In this document: positions 50,052-59,102 of the stretch, piece by piece | Position numbering within the stretch: the first letter of the stretch is position 1 | How the letters are laid out: every line of letters starts with the position of its first letter | Assembly (NCBI GenBank): GCA_041659325.1 | Contig: JBAZYN010000001.1 | Span: 494,819 to 558,818, forward strand | DNA length: 64,000 nt | DNA from: Candidatus Shapirobacteria bacterium | GTDB lineage: Bacteria; Patescibacteriota; Microgenomatia; UBA12405 | Direction: 5' to 3' | Notes under the pieces: model-generated | Database searches by the model: none | The model's input: the letters and a program-made list of their open reading frames with translations, nothing else | What the model was told of the DNA's origin: nothing | Made by a program: the position numbers and the translations under genes

Positions 50052-50100
50052 AAAAATAAAAAAAAGGTGAATTGAAAAAAACAACAACCCAGGAAAACAC

Positions 50101-50200
50101 AAAAAACAAAAACAAAACAAAAAAAATAAAAAAACGTAACCCCATGGTTACTAACAAAGGGGGCATTCCCCTTTGCTTTTTCTTTTTTCTTTTTTTTCTT
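50101..50200. terminator. Back-to-back terminator-like hairpins
   Basis: gtaacc-ccat-ggttac (50136-50151) with a T-tract on the - strand; caaagggg-gcatt-cccctttg (50155-50175) with a T-tract on the + strand. Confidence 0.65.
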
Positions 50201-50282
50201 ACCATCCCTCGGGGTGGGCCATAGAAGACAGCGATGTCCTCTGATCTTTTTCGGCCCACCCCGAGAACCCCTTACACCGGGG

Positions 50283-50420
50283 CTACGACTGGCGTGTGAA
50301 AGGGCCGCCGCAATTGGGGTATGCCTTCACGCACCCACTCCTCAGACGGTTGCACTGCGAGCAGAAACTCGACTTGTTACCCACCACCAGCAGAATCAGA
50401 AAAGACAAAAGACGTTCCAC
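50283..50420 (-). CDS. Unannotated 45-aa Cys-rich peptide MERLLSFLILLVVGNKSSFCSQCNRLRSGCVKAYPNCGGPFTRQS
   Basis: AAAGGAGG SD just upstream of the GTG; followed by hairpins and a terminator. Confidence 0.55.
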   Translation of the reverse strand: MERLLSFLILLVVGNKSSFCSQCNRLRSGCVKAYPNCGGPFTRQS

Positions 50421-50602
50421 GTCGCCTCCTTTGGGCAGTCATAAAAAACCCATGGAACCCCACGGTGAAAACAACGCGACACGCTATTTTTTTAAAAATT
50501 AAGAACCTAACTCTCACACAATCATATTCGCTTCTCCTCTCTAAATAGAATCAACCAATCCACCAAAAGATGAACTCGTTGATCCCATTTAAAAAGGGTT
50601 TA

Positions 50603-50651
50603 ACTACAGATTACAAGTTACAGGTTACCAATTACTGATTACCAATTACCA
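50603..50651 (+). repeat. 7-bp tandem array x7
   Basis: actacag attacaa gttacag gttacca attactg attacca attacca. Confidence 0.88.
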
Positions 50652-50798
50652 AAATTTTTTCCTGGGTTGTTAACGAACAGGAACGTTTAAACGACATTTG
50701 TCGTTTATTACGTTCAGGACAGGAACAAAATCATCTCAAAACCGCATTGGTTCCTAATAATTTTGTTACGAAAAACAATCCGATTATATCACACTATA

Positions 50799-51044
50799 CT
50801 AGTCCTTGTCCCTGGGGACACTATTCCCCACAAAACCTTCTTCCCTAGGTCCATATCGCTTCAACCATCGCCCCAACTTGGCCGTCCTCTTTAACCCTTC
50901 GGCTCTTTCCTCTGGACTTTCCCTGGCAACAACTACAACTGCCGGTGGTATCTCTTCCGCCACTGTTACCATAACTTCCCTTGCTTTTGCCCCCAATCCG
51001 GGCATTGGCATCTGAATCGTCAGGGCCTCCAACGTTTTTCCCAT
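50799..51044 (-). CDS. Hypothetical 81-aa protein
   Basis: TAAAAT lies 6 nt before the ATG; G-rich coding strand typical of - strand genes here. Confidence 0.55.
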   Translation of the reverse strand: MGKTLEALTIQMPMPGLGAKAREVMVTVAEEIPPAVVVVARESPEERAEGLKRTAKLGRWLKRYGPREEGFVGNSVPRDKD

Positions 51045-51100
51045 TAACCTATTTTAATCCATATTTAAAAAATAAAAACAACAAGACAACTCAAAACACC

Positions 51101-51148
51101 AAAAAACAAACAAAGTGGAGTGACCACCATCGTGCATGGTCACCCCAC
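51101..51148 (-). terminator. Intrinsic terminator
   Basis: gtggggtgacca...tggtcactccac followed by tttgtttgtttttt on the - strand. Confidence 0.75.
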
Positions 51149-51180
51149 CCGTTGTCTTCGCCCTCGGCGATCTTTGGGAC

Positions 51181-51384
51181 TTACCCAATGACCGCCGATA
51201 TTAGCGACAGAAAACCCCAGCTAGCCAACGCGGTGGGGATCAGGACAAACAAAAGGCAAAACCCCCCACCCTCCGAAGCAGGCTGGTCGTCGTTCTTCTG
51301 CGTAGCCGCTAGCTGAAAGAAGGACAATGCCGCACAAAGTGCGAGCAAAGAGCTAGCCGCAACCCACCTGATTTTCATCTTCAT
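51181..51384 (-). CDS. Small two-TM membrane protein
   Basis: AAAGGA SD, two hydrophobic helices and its own terminator. Confidence 0.55.
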   Translation of the reverse strand: MKMKIRWVAASSLLALCAALSFFQLAATQKNDDQPASEGGGFCLLFVLIPTALASWGFLSLISAVIG

Positions 51385-51595
51385 GCGATTTTCCTTTCTG
51401 GCCAATGGCCATGAGTTGTCTTGTTGTCAACGAACCAGTCTTCAGCAAACCGCCGCTTACAGATATAAATCTTTGGCAATCTGCTAAAACTATATCTTAT
51501 AATATCACATATCATCGAAAAATACAACAATATATTTACATAACAGACAAAATCATAAACCCTGTTTCCGTCCAATATTAGTGTAAAATCAAACT

Positions 51596-53872
51596 ATGCC
51601 CGACAGTGTTCAAAGCCAGTTCACCATTCTTGAAATCCGTCTGCCACAAAACAACGAATACACTCTGGAGTCTATGTCCTCTCTTTTTTCCAATTTCACC
51701 CAATTTTCCAGTCTTGGATTTTTCGAGAAACTCCTCGGCAAAAAGAAAACTATTGCCTCAATTGAAATCGCCCTGATAAACGGCCAGATTAGATTTTTTG
51801 TCGTCACCAACACCCGTGACGCCGATTTTTTCCGGGCCCAAATTTTAGCCCAATACCCCACTGCCATCACCCGCAACCCCGATGATTATCTAACCCCTTT
51901 TTTAGTCGGGTCGCACTGCCCCGTTACCCCAGGCCAAGATTCCACTCCAAAAACAGAAATAACCCCCCAGCGCCTCAGTTTCATCCAGCTTGGTCTTTCC
52001 CGCATGTCTGATTACCCTCTAAAAATCGCCAAAGACTTTCGCGATACCGATCCTCTAAATTCCATCCTGGCCCCGCTCTCCCGATCAAACAGCCGCGATG
52101 ATTTTTTCCTCTATCAAATAATTCTTTCCTCCGCCCCCAAAAACTGGCAGGGTCCAATTATCGACGTTATTCAAAACGGCACGGTAGTCGACAAAGAAAA
52201 AGGCTATCACCAAGCTCATCCCGACAAAGCCGTCTTTGAGCAAAAAATCCAGTTCCCCGGGCTTCTGGCCCAAATCAATCTTTTCTCCAATAATCCCGGG
52301 TTAATTACCGGCGTTTCCTCCTCCTTTGGCATCTACACCAGCCCCCGCGGTAATCTTATCAAAACCTTTACCCCTGGTTTTTTTCACAAAAATAAACTCC
52401 CAACCGCAATATTCTCCAGGGAAATCAAAAAAGGTCTCAAAACTCAGATTCTAAACACCGAGGAACTCGCTGCCCTCTGCCATTTTCCCAATAAACTCAC
52501 AAAACTTCCTAACATCGCCTGGGGCAAAAAACTTTATGCCGAACCCCCGGAAAATCTCCCCATAATCGAAGGTCTCTCCGAAGAAGAAAAAAACAAAATT
52601 ACCGTTTTCGGTCGCACAGAATTCCGCAACAAAGACGCCATTTTTGGTATCAAAGAGGGGGAAGACCGTCGCCGCCATACCTATATTATCGGTAAATCCG
52701 GTACCGGAAAAACCACCCTCATTGCCAACATGGCCATTGATGACATCAGAAAAGGCCGTGGCGTCGCTATCATCGACCCTCACGGTGATCTTTGCAACAC
52801 CATTCTTGACTATATTCCCAGCAACCGCATCAACGACTGTTGTTATTTCAACCCCGCCGATCCGGAATACGTCTACCCGTTAAATGTTCTCGAGGCCAAA
52901 AACGAGTCCCAAAAAGAATTAGTCGCTTCCGGTGTCCTCTCCATCTTCAAAAAACTCTATGGTACTGTTTCCTGGGGACCGCGTCTCGAGCACATCCTCA
53001 GAAACACCGTCCTGACTCTTGTAAATACTCCCGACTCCAACCTAACCCATGTTATCGAAATCTTAACCAACAGAAACTATCGAAATCGGGTTATTGAAAA
53101 GTTAAACAATCAAACTCTCAAAAACTTCTGGCTCAACGAATTTGACCGAATGGACCCAAAATTCCAAAACGAAGCCATTGCCCCGGTTCTAAACAAAGTC
53201 GGTCAGTTCATTTCCTCCACCAAAATCAGAAACACTCTTGCCCACTCCAAATCAAAAGTCGATATTCAAAGCATCATGGACCAAAAAAAGATCCTTATAG
53301 CCGATCTCTCCACTGGCCGCCTCGGAGAAGACAATTCATCTCTTCTAGGCGCTATGTTAATCACCCAAATCCAGCTTTCCGCCATGAACCGTGTTTTTCA
53401 AACGGTAGAAGAAAGATCTGATTTCTATCTTTACGTCGACGAATTTCAAAACTTTGCCACAGAAGCTTTCATCAAAATCCTCTCCGAAGCCCGTAAATTT
53501 AAGCTTAATCTAATCGTCGCCAATCAATACATGAACCAGTTGGAACGTCCGATTCAGGATGCTATTTTCGGCAACGTCGGTTCCCTTATCTCCTTTGTCG
53601 TTGGCAACCAGGATGCCGCTATCCTCCAAAAAGAATTCGGAGCCGAGTTCCCCTCAGATGACCTTGTGAAACTTGGTAGATATCAGGTCATTTGCCGTCT
53701 CTCCATTGACTCAGAAACAACCCAGCCTTTTTATTCCAACACCCTTCCGCCGCTCCTGTGCAAAAATCAGCATCGCGATAAAGTAATTAGAACTTCCCAG
53801 GAAAGATGGGGCAAAAAACTAAAAGACGCCTTTCCCCCACCCAATTCCCTGCCAGTCATTCCACAACCCTAA
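51596..53872 (+). CDS. VirD4/TraG/TrwB-like coupling ATPase
   Basis: DRRRHTYIIGKSGTGKT, IDPHGDL, YVDEFQNF, LSEARKF, ANQY. Confidence 0.9.
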   Translation: MPDSVQSQFTILEIRLPQNNEYTLESMSSLFSNFTQFSSLGFFEKLLGKKKTIASIEIALINGQIRFFVVTNTRDADFFRAQILAQYPTAITRNPDDYLTPFLVGSHCPVTPGQDSTPKTEITPQRLSFIQLGLSRMSDYPLKIAKDFRDTDPLNSILAPLSRSNSRDDFFLYQIILSSAPKNWQGPIIDVIQNGTVVDKEKGYHQAHPDKAVFEQKIQFPGLLAQINLFSNNPGLITGVSSSFGIYTSPRGNLIKTFTPGFFHKNKLPTAIFSREIKKGLKTQILNTEELAALCHFPNKLTKLPNIAWGKKLYAEPPENLPIIEGLSEEEKNKITVFGRTEFRNKDAIFGIKEGEDRRRHTYIIGKSGTGKTTLIANMAIDDIRKGRGVAIIDPHGDLCNTILDYIPSNRINDCCYFNPADPEYVYPLNVLEAKNESQKELVASGVLSIFKKLYGTVSWGPRLEHILRNTVLTLVNTPDSNLTHVIEILTNRNYRNRVIEKLNNQTLKNFWLNEFDRMDPKFQNEAIAPVLNKVGQFISSTKIRNTLAHSKSKVDIQSIMDQKKILIADLSTGRLGEDNSSLLGAMLITQIQLSAMNRVFQTVEERSDFYLYVDEFQNFATEAFIKILSEARKFKLNLIVANQYMNQLERPIQDAIFGNVGSLISFVVGNQDAAILQKEFGAEFPSDDLVKLGRYQVICRLSIDSETTQPFYSNTLPPLLCKNQHRDKVIRTSQERWGKKLKDAFPPPNSLPVIPQP

Positions 53873-53893
53873 GGTTTTTCCACCCCGCTAGTT

Positions 53894-54000
53894 CGTCATT
53901 ACGATCCGCCAACTGGCGGAGTGGCAATCATTACAAGACTTAGTTAGTCAAGTTGTTTCAGAATTACTTCTCCCGACGTAACGTCGGGATCGCAATGACG
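53894..54000. repeat. Family A element, complete
   Basis: cgtcattacgatc...gatcgcaatgacg; contains tccgccaactggcgga and tcccgacgt-a-acgtcggga. Confidence 0.85.
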
Positions 54001-54004
54001 GGTT

Positions 54005-56044
54005 TTAAGGTTTCTTCCACCCTGCCCACTTACACTCCGGATATTTCGAGCAGCCATAAAATTTCTTGCCGCTCCGGGTTCTCTTTATTACCACCGGCGC
54101 CCCACACGTCGGACAGTCAAATCCGGCCACTTCCTGATACTGTTTAGTATACCTACACTCCGGAAACCGGCTACAAGAAATAAACTTCCCGAATTTCCCC
54201 AGTCTAATAACCAGCTCCCCCTCCTTACACTCCGGACATTTTTCCCCCAATTTTTCCGTCTCCACCTTCACTCTCTCTGCCCCGGCTTCGGCTATTTTTA
54301 CATCCTTCTCAAATCTGTTCCAAAATGTTTTCATCATTTTTTTCCAATCCAATTTTCCCGCCGCAATTTTGTCCAAATTACCCTCCATGTCAGCCGTAAA
54401 CGGCAACGACAAAACTTCAGAAAAATTCCTTACCAAAAATTCATTGGCCGCCTTGCCCAATGCTGTTGGGATAAATTTCCCCTCATCCTTTTCCACATAC
54501 TGTCGAATCTGAATAGTCGAGATAATCGGCGCATAAGTACTTGGTCGCCCGATTCCCTGTTTTTCCAGGCTCGATACCAAACTTGCCTCGGTATATCTTG
54601 GCGGTGGGTTAGTTTCCGACTCCTCAAACCATATCTTTGTAGCCGAAATCATCTCTCCTTCTTTTAAAGCCGGCAATATCTGATCTTCAAATTTCTCTCC
54701 ATTAATCTTCAAAAACCCATCAAAAATCATCCTTACTCCTTTTGACTGAAACAGACCGCCTCCGTCTCGCAGATTAACCACCGTACTTCCTGTTATCGCC
54801 GCTGCCCCCTGTGTTGCCACTGCCCGTTTCCAAATCATTTGGTATAGTCTATTCTCCCTCGGGTCTGCATCCGCCAGTTCTGTCCTATTTACGTCTGTCG
54901 GCCTGATAGCCTCATGCGCCTCCTGGGCATTCTTGGCCGTATTTTTATAGTACCTGATCTTTGCCGATATATACTTTTCTCCGTATGTTTTGCCGATATA
55001 TTTTCTGAAATCATTTATCGTTTTTTCGGCAATATAGACCGAATCAGTCCGATGGTATGTTATAAAGCCTCTTTCAAACAATCTTTGCGCCACACTCATT
55101 GTCGTTTTCCCTGGCCATCCAAACCTCCTGGCCGCTGCCTGTTGAAGTTTTGATGTTGTAAAAGCCGGCAGCGGCGTTCTGTTAATTTCTTTCTCTGTTA
55201 CTTTCTCGACCACCATTTGGTTTGATAGGTCATTCACGAATTTCGTCACCTTCTGCCTATCCTCAAAAATCGACTTGGTAAAAGAATAAACCCCGTCAAA
55301 TAGTTTGATCTTTTCCGTTTTAAACGCCGACTTTTCTTCCACCTTTATCAGATCAGCGTCAAACTTTTCCCTCCCCTTTTTCAATTCCGCCAATACCTTA
55401 AAAAACACTTCTTTTTTAAATGCCTCAATCTCTTTTTCCCTTTCGCACACCAGTCTCACCGCCACCGACTGCACCCGCCCACCGGACAAACCTCTCCTTA
55501 CTTTTCTCCACAAAACCGGAGATAAAGTATAACCCACCACCCGGTCAAGAATCCTTCTCCCCTGCTGCGCGTTTACCAAATCCATATCCACCGCCCGTGC
55601 TTTTCCCATCGCATCAGAAATTGCGTCCTTAGTAATTTCATGAAATGTTATTCTGCTGATATCAAGCTTCTTTCCCACTTTCAAACTTTCAGACTTTCCC
55701 ACTTTCAGACTTTTAGACTTTAAGACTTTTGACTCATCTGGATGCGTCAGCAACCACTCCACATGCCACGATATTGCTTCCCCTTCCCGATCCGGATCTG
55801 TCGCCAACAATACTCTTTTAACTCTGGCCGCAGTTCTAATAAGGTCCTCTACCACATTTTTTTTCTTGGGATCGATCTTGTAATCCGGCTCAAAACCGTG
55901 TTTAATATCCACCGACATCTTATTCCCCGGCAAATCTCTCAAATGACCCACGGTCGCAATCACCTCAAAATCTTTTCCCAAATATTTCCCTATAGTTTTC
56001 GCTTTCGTCGGCGATTCCACTACCAATAAACTCTTGTCTCCCAT
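54005..56044 (-). CDS. topA: DNA topoisomerase I
   Basis: VVESPTKAKTI, ATDPDREGEAI, GRVQS, ITYHRTDS, GIGRPSTY, two C4 zinc ribbons. Confidence 0.98.
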   Translation of the reverse strand: MGDKSLLVVESPTKAKTIGKYLGKDFEVIATVGHLRDLPGNKMSVDIKHGFEPDYKIDPKKKNVVEDLIRTAARVKRVLLATDPDREGEAISWHVEWLLTHPDESKVLKSKSLKVGKSESLKVGKKLDISRITFHEITKDAISDAMGKARAVDMDLVNAQQGRRILDRVVGYTLSPVLWRKVRRGLSGGRVQSVAVRLVCEREKEIEAFKKEVFFKVLAELKKGREKFDADLIKVEEKSAFKTEKIKLFDGVYSFTKSIFEDRQKVTKFVNDLSNQMVVEKVTEKEINRTPLPAFTTSKLQQAAARRFGWPGKTTMSVAQRLFERGFITYHRTDSVYIAEKTINDFRKYIGKTYGEKYISAKIRYYKNTAKNAQEAHEAIRPTDVNRTELADADPRENRLYQMIWKRAVATQGAAAITGSTVVNLRDGGGLFQSKGVRMIFDGFLKINGEKFEDQILPALKEGEMISATKIWFEESETNPPPRYTEASLVSSLEKQGIGRPSTYAPIISTIQIRQYVEKDEGKFIPTALGKAANEFLVRNFSEVLSLPFTADMEGNLDKIAAGKLDWKKMMKTFWNRFEKDVKIAEAGAERVKVETEKLGEKCPECKEGELVIRLGKFGKFISCSRFPECRYTKQYQEVAGFDCPTCGAPVVIKRTRSGKKFYGCSKYPECKWAGWKKP

Positions 56045-56066
56045 GTTTATAAAATTTATTTACTAA

Positions 56067-56177
56067 ATTACTAATTACAGACTTGCCTGCCGGTAGGCAG
56101 GTTACCAGTTACTGATTACAGATTACCAGTTACCGGTTACAGATTACCATTTACCAATTACTGATTACCAGTTACAA
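56067..56177 (+). repeat. 7-bp tandem array (2+11 units) interrupted by a GC-rich palindrome
   Basis: attacta attacag [acttgcctgccggtaggcag] gttacca ... gttacaa. Confidence 0.9.
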
Positions 56178-56210
56178 GTCTATATATTATCACCACCTGT
56201 CAAGCTTTCA

Positions 56211-56612
56211 CTACCATCTTACCCTCGGCAAGCATACAGTTTCTCCGGTCGCCAACGATAGCACCACCCTGGACTCTTCTCCGGGCTGAATACCCTCTAA
56301 GCTACTTCTATACAACTCCGACGCCCTCCCATCCCCCGCAATTAGAGAGTTAGAATTCCGAATCTCTTTCCCCCGTCCATCGGTTCTCATCACAGTCATC
56401 GACCACCCCAATCCCGGGATACCATCAACAATTCCCAATGCCATTCTCGTCACCACCTGTCGCGCAAAACTAGTTACTTTGGTAATTCTTTCCTCCATAT
56501 CATCCGCCGCTACCTTCGGAATCCCCTCATAAGCTATCGTACTTCGCCAATAACCCGTTGGCCTATTTTCTTTGGAACTTGGTCCTTCAGCCCCCCTTTC
56601 TCCTGATAACAT
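56211..56612 (-). CDS. Hypothetical protein
   Basis: 133-aa ORF directly after dprA; no motif recognised. Confidence 0.55.
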   Translation of the reverse strand: MLSGERGAEGPSSKENRPTGYWRSTIAYEGIPKVAADDMEERITKVTSFARQVVTRMALGIVDGIPGLGWSMTVMRTDGRGKEIRNSNSLIAGDGRASELYRSSLEGIQPGEESRVVLSLATGETVCLPRVRW

Positions 56613-56626
56613 TGACCACTACTTTA

Positions 56627-57295
56627 CTACAATCCTTCTAAATCTTCAATCCCCGTTACAATATTCGCCCCGTTTTTAATCAGATAATTTGGCGCTGCCG
56701 AATTGGTATCTGTCATTCTCCCTGGCACTGCCCATACCTCCCGCCCCTGCTCCGCCGCCAGCCTTGCTGTTACCAAAGTTCCGCTTCTTTTCGACCCCTC
56801 AATTACCACTACCCCCCTCGAGATTCCGGAAATTATTCTGTTTCTTGCCAAAAATTTTTCCGGGGCCGGCAATACTCCGTTTGCATATTCTGAAACTATC
56901 AACCCTCCACTAGCCAAAATCAATTCATAAAGCCACTTATTCGACCTCGGGCTAACCACGTCCACTCCCGAAGCCAAAACCGCAATTGTTTTCCCGCCCC
57001 TCTCAGTACAAACCCTTTGCACTTGAGCATCTACCCCAAAGGCCATCCCCGACACTACCACAATCCCGGTTCTGACCAGTTCCGGAACTAGCTTTTCCAC
57101 CACTTCTTTCCCGTATTCACTGATATTTCTGCTCCCCACCACCGCCAGGGCTTTCTTTTCTCTTAGCAACTCCGTATTCCCAAGACAATACAGTCTATCG
57201 GGGCAATCCGGTATCTGCCGCAGTAAATACGGAAAACTGTCACTATCTTTACAAATTACTTTTATTTCCACTCCTAAATCATATACTAACGTCAT
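56627..57295 (-). CDS. dprA: DNA-processing protein DprA (Rossmann core only; GTG at 57271 is an alternative start)
   Basis: AVVGSR, VSGMAFGVD, FLARNRIISG, SGTLVTA, GREVWAVPG. Confidence 0.95.
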   Translation of the reverse strand: MTLVYDLGVEIKVICKDSDSFPYLLRQIPDCPDRLYCLGNTELLREKKALAVVGSRNISEYGKEVVEKLVPELVRTGIVVVSGMAFGVDAQVQRVCTERGGKTIAVLASGVDVVSPRSNKWLYELILASGGLIVSEYANGVLPAPEKFLARNRIISGISRGVVVIEGSKRSGTLVTARLAAEQGREVWAVPGRMTDTNSAAPNYLIKNGANIVTGIEDLEGL

Positions 57296-57458
57296 TGCGA
57301 TCCGCCAACTGGCGGAGTGGCAATCTTTTCTAGTCCTCCCTTCTTCAAGGGAGGGAATTAAAGGGTGGGTTTTAATTTAATTAAAATTACAGATTACAGA
57401 TTACAGACCTGCCTGCCGGTTTACCCGCCGTGGTGGGCAGGCAGGTTACAAATTACAT
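57290..57458. repeat. Composite repeat cluster: family A half, family B, and 7-bp array with nested palindromes
   Basis: cgtcattgcgatccgccaactggcggagtggcaatct; cctcccttcttcaagggaggg..; attacag x3 [acctgcctgccgg tttacccgccgtggtggg caggcag] gttacaa. Confidence 0.85.
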
Positions 57459-59102
57459 TTTTATCCCCGGTGTTGGTGTCCCATATCTTGGCACCACCGT
57501 TTCCGGTTCCTCAAACCATTCTTTCAAAATATCCCCCACAATCGGCGCCGCCACATCAGACCCTTCCCCGCCTCTCTCCACCACAACCGTAATAGATATT
57601 TGTGGCTCATCAACTGGTGCAAAAGCAGTCAGCCAGGCATGTGTTTCTTTACTCCCGTCACCCACTTCCGCCGTCCCTGTCTTACAGGCAATCTCAGTCT
57701 TAAAGTTAAAAAGCGGCCACGCTGTCCCTCCACTTTTACAGGCTTCTTTCATTCCCCCAACTACTAACTTTATCGTCTCTTTCTTTATCCCCAAACTTTC
57801 GCACTCCGCTTTCCCGTTCCGAATCAAGGTCATTTTACACTTCACCCCCCCATTGGCTACCACATTCGTCATCTGGTTCACCTGAAGAGGTGTCACACTC
57901 AAATCTCCCTGTCCGATGGCCAAATGATAAGTATTTCCCAAAAACCACTTCTCCCCCTTATTTTCAATTTTCCATTTTTCATCCGGTAAAATCCCGCTAA
58001 TTTCCCCCGGTAACTCCACCCCCGCTTTTTTTCCAAAACCAAATTTATCCGCCCAGGTCACAATTCTCTCCAGTCCCATTCTCTCCCCCAATCTATAAAA
58101 AAATATATCATTAGATCTCTTCAGGGCTTTTACAATATTCACCATCCCATCTGTCCCGCCGCTTTTGTTCCACAGCCAATTCGAATAGGAATATTCACCC
58201 ACCTTTATCACCCCGGTATCCTCGATCAGAGTATTGCCATCAATTACACCCGTTTCCAGTCCGCCGGTTGCCATCGTCAGTTTAAACACCGAACCCGGAT
58301 GATATCTTGCCGCCACCGCCCTGTTCAGAAGCGGCAAATCTACCTTATCGTCCAGATAATTATTAATCGCTACATTATCCTGCTGAAATGAAAACACATT
58401 GGGGTCAAACCCGGGACTGGAAACCATGCTGACTATTTCTCCGTTTTGGGGGTTGCTGATTATTACCACCGCCTTTTTCCCTTCAAGCATTTTATAAATC
58501 TTTTCCTGCCAGTAAGCATCCAAACTTAAGGTAATTTTTTCCCCTATTTCCGGCTCCTGTCTCCCTAGCTCTCTGATATATTTCCCCTTTGCATCTACTT
58601 CTATCAACCGTTTACCGTCCACCCCCCGAAGATCACAATCAAAATACTCTTCAGTTCCTCCCCGTCCCAACACACTTCCAAATCCCAACCGCTCTTTGCA
58701 CTTATCCGTATTTATTTCCTTTTCATTTACTTGCCCCACATATCCGGTAATAAAAGACATCGATTCCCCATATGGGTATTGCCGCTTTAACTCATATGCC
58801 AAATCTTTACCCTCAAACCGATAGCCCAAAAAGTCCCCCTGGTCATCATAAACCCTGTTTCCGTCAACCATTTTAAAGTATTGATAAAAACTTTTCGCCA
58901 CCACCCTGTCTTTCCGGTCGACTATCAATCCCCTTCCGGCCGGGATTACCGTTTCAAAAATTCGGTTTTCCCTGGATAAACTATAGTAATATTTGTGTCT
59001 GATAATCGACAAATTGCAAAATCCGACAAACAATATCCCAAAGCTCAAAAACAGACCTACTTTCAAACCCCAATACCGCAAATTACCCTCGGTTTCCATC
59101 AT
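57453..59102 (-). CDS. mrdA: Penicillin-binding protein 2 (class B)
   Basis: PGSVFK (SxxK), SND, KTGTAE; follows mreB. Confidence 0.92.
   Translation of the reverse strand: MMETEGNLRYWGLKVGLFLSFGILFVGFCNLSIIRHKYYYSLSRENRIFETVIPAGRGLIVDRKDRVVAKSFYQYFKMVDGNRVYDDQGDFLGYRFEGKDLAYELKRQYPYGESMSFITGYVGQVNEKEINTDKCKERLGFGSVLGRGGTEEYFDCDLRGVDGKRLIEVDAKGKYIRELGRQEPEIGEKITLSLDAYWQEKIYKMLEGKKAVVIISNPQNGEIVSMVSSPGFDPNVFSFQQDNVAINNYLDDKVDLPLLNRAVAARYHPGSVFKLTMATGGLETGVIDGNTLIEDTGVIKVGEYSYSNWLWNKSGGTDGMVNIVKALKRSNDIFFYRLGERMGLERIVTWADKFGFGKKAGVELPGEISGILPDEKWKIENKGEKWFLGNTYHLAIGQGDLSVTPLQVNQMTNVVANGGVKCKMTLIRNGKAECESLGIKKETIKLVVGGMKEACKSGGTAWPLFNFKTEIACKTGTAEVGDGSKETHAWLTAFAPVDEPQISITVVVERGGEGSDVAAPIVGDILKEWFEEPETVVPRYGTPTPGIKM

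Noticed and set aside
49939-50259. 106-aa ORF with poly-Lys and poly-Phe
   Set aside because: It is a translation of A/T tracts, hairpins and REP sequence.
51596-53872. VirD4-like gene as part of a conjugative element
   Set aside because: No relaxase, VirB genes or element boundaries are present, and its composition matches the host.
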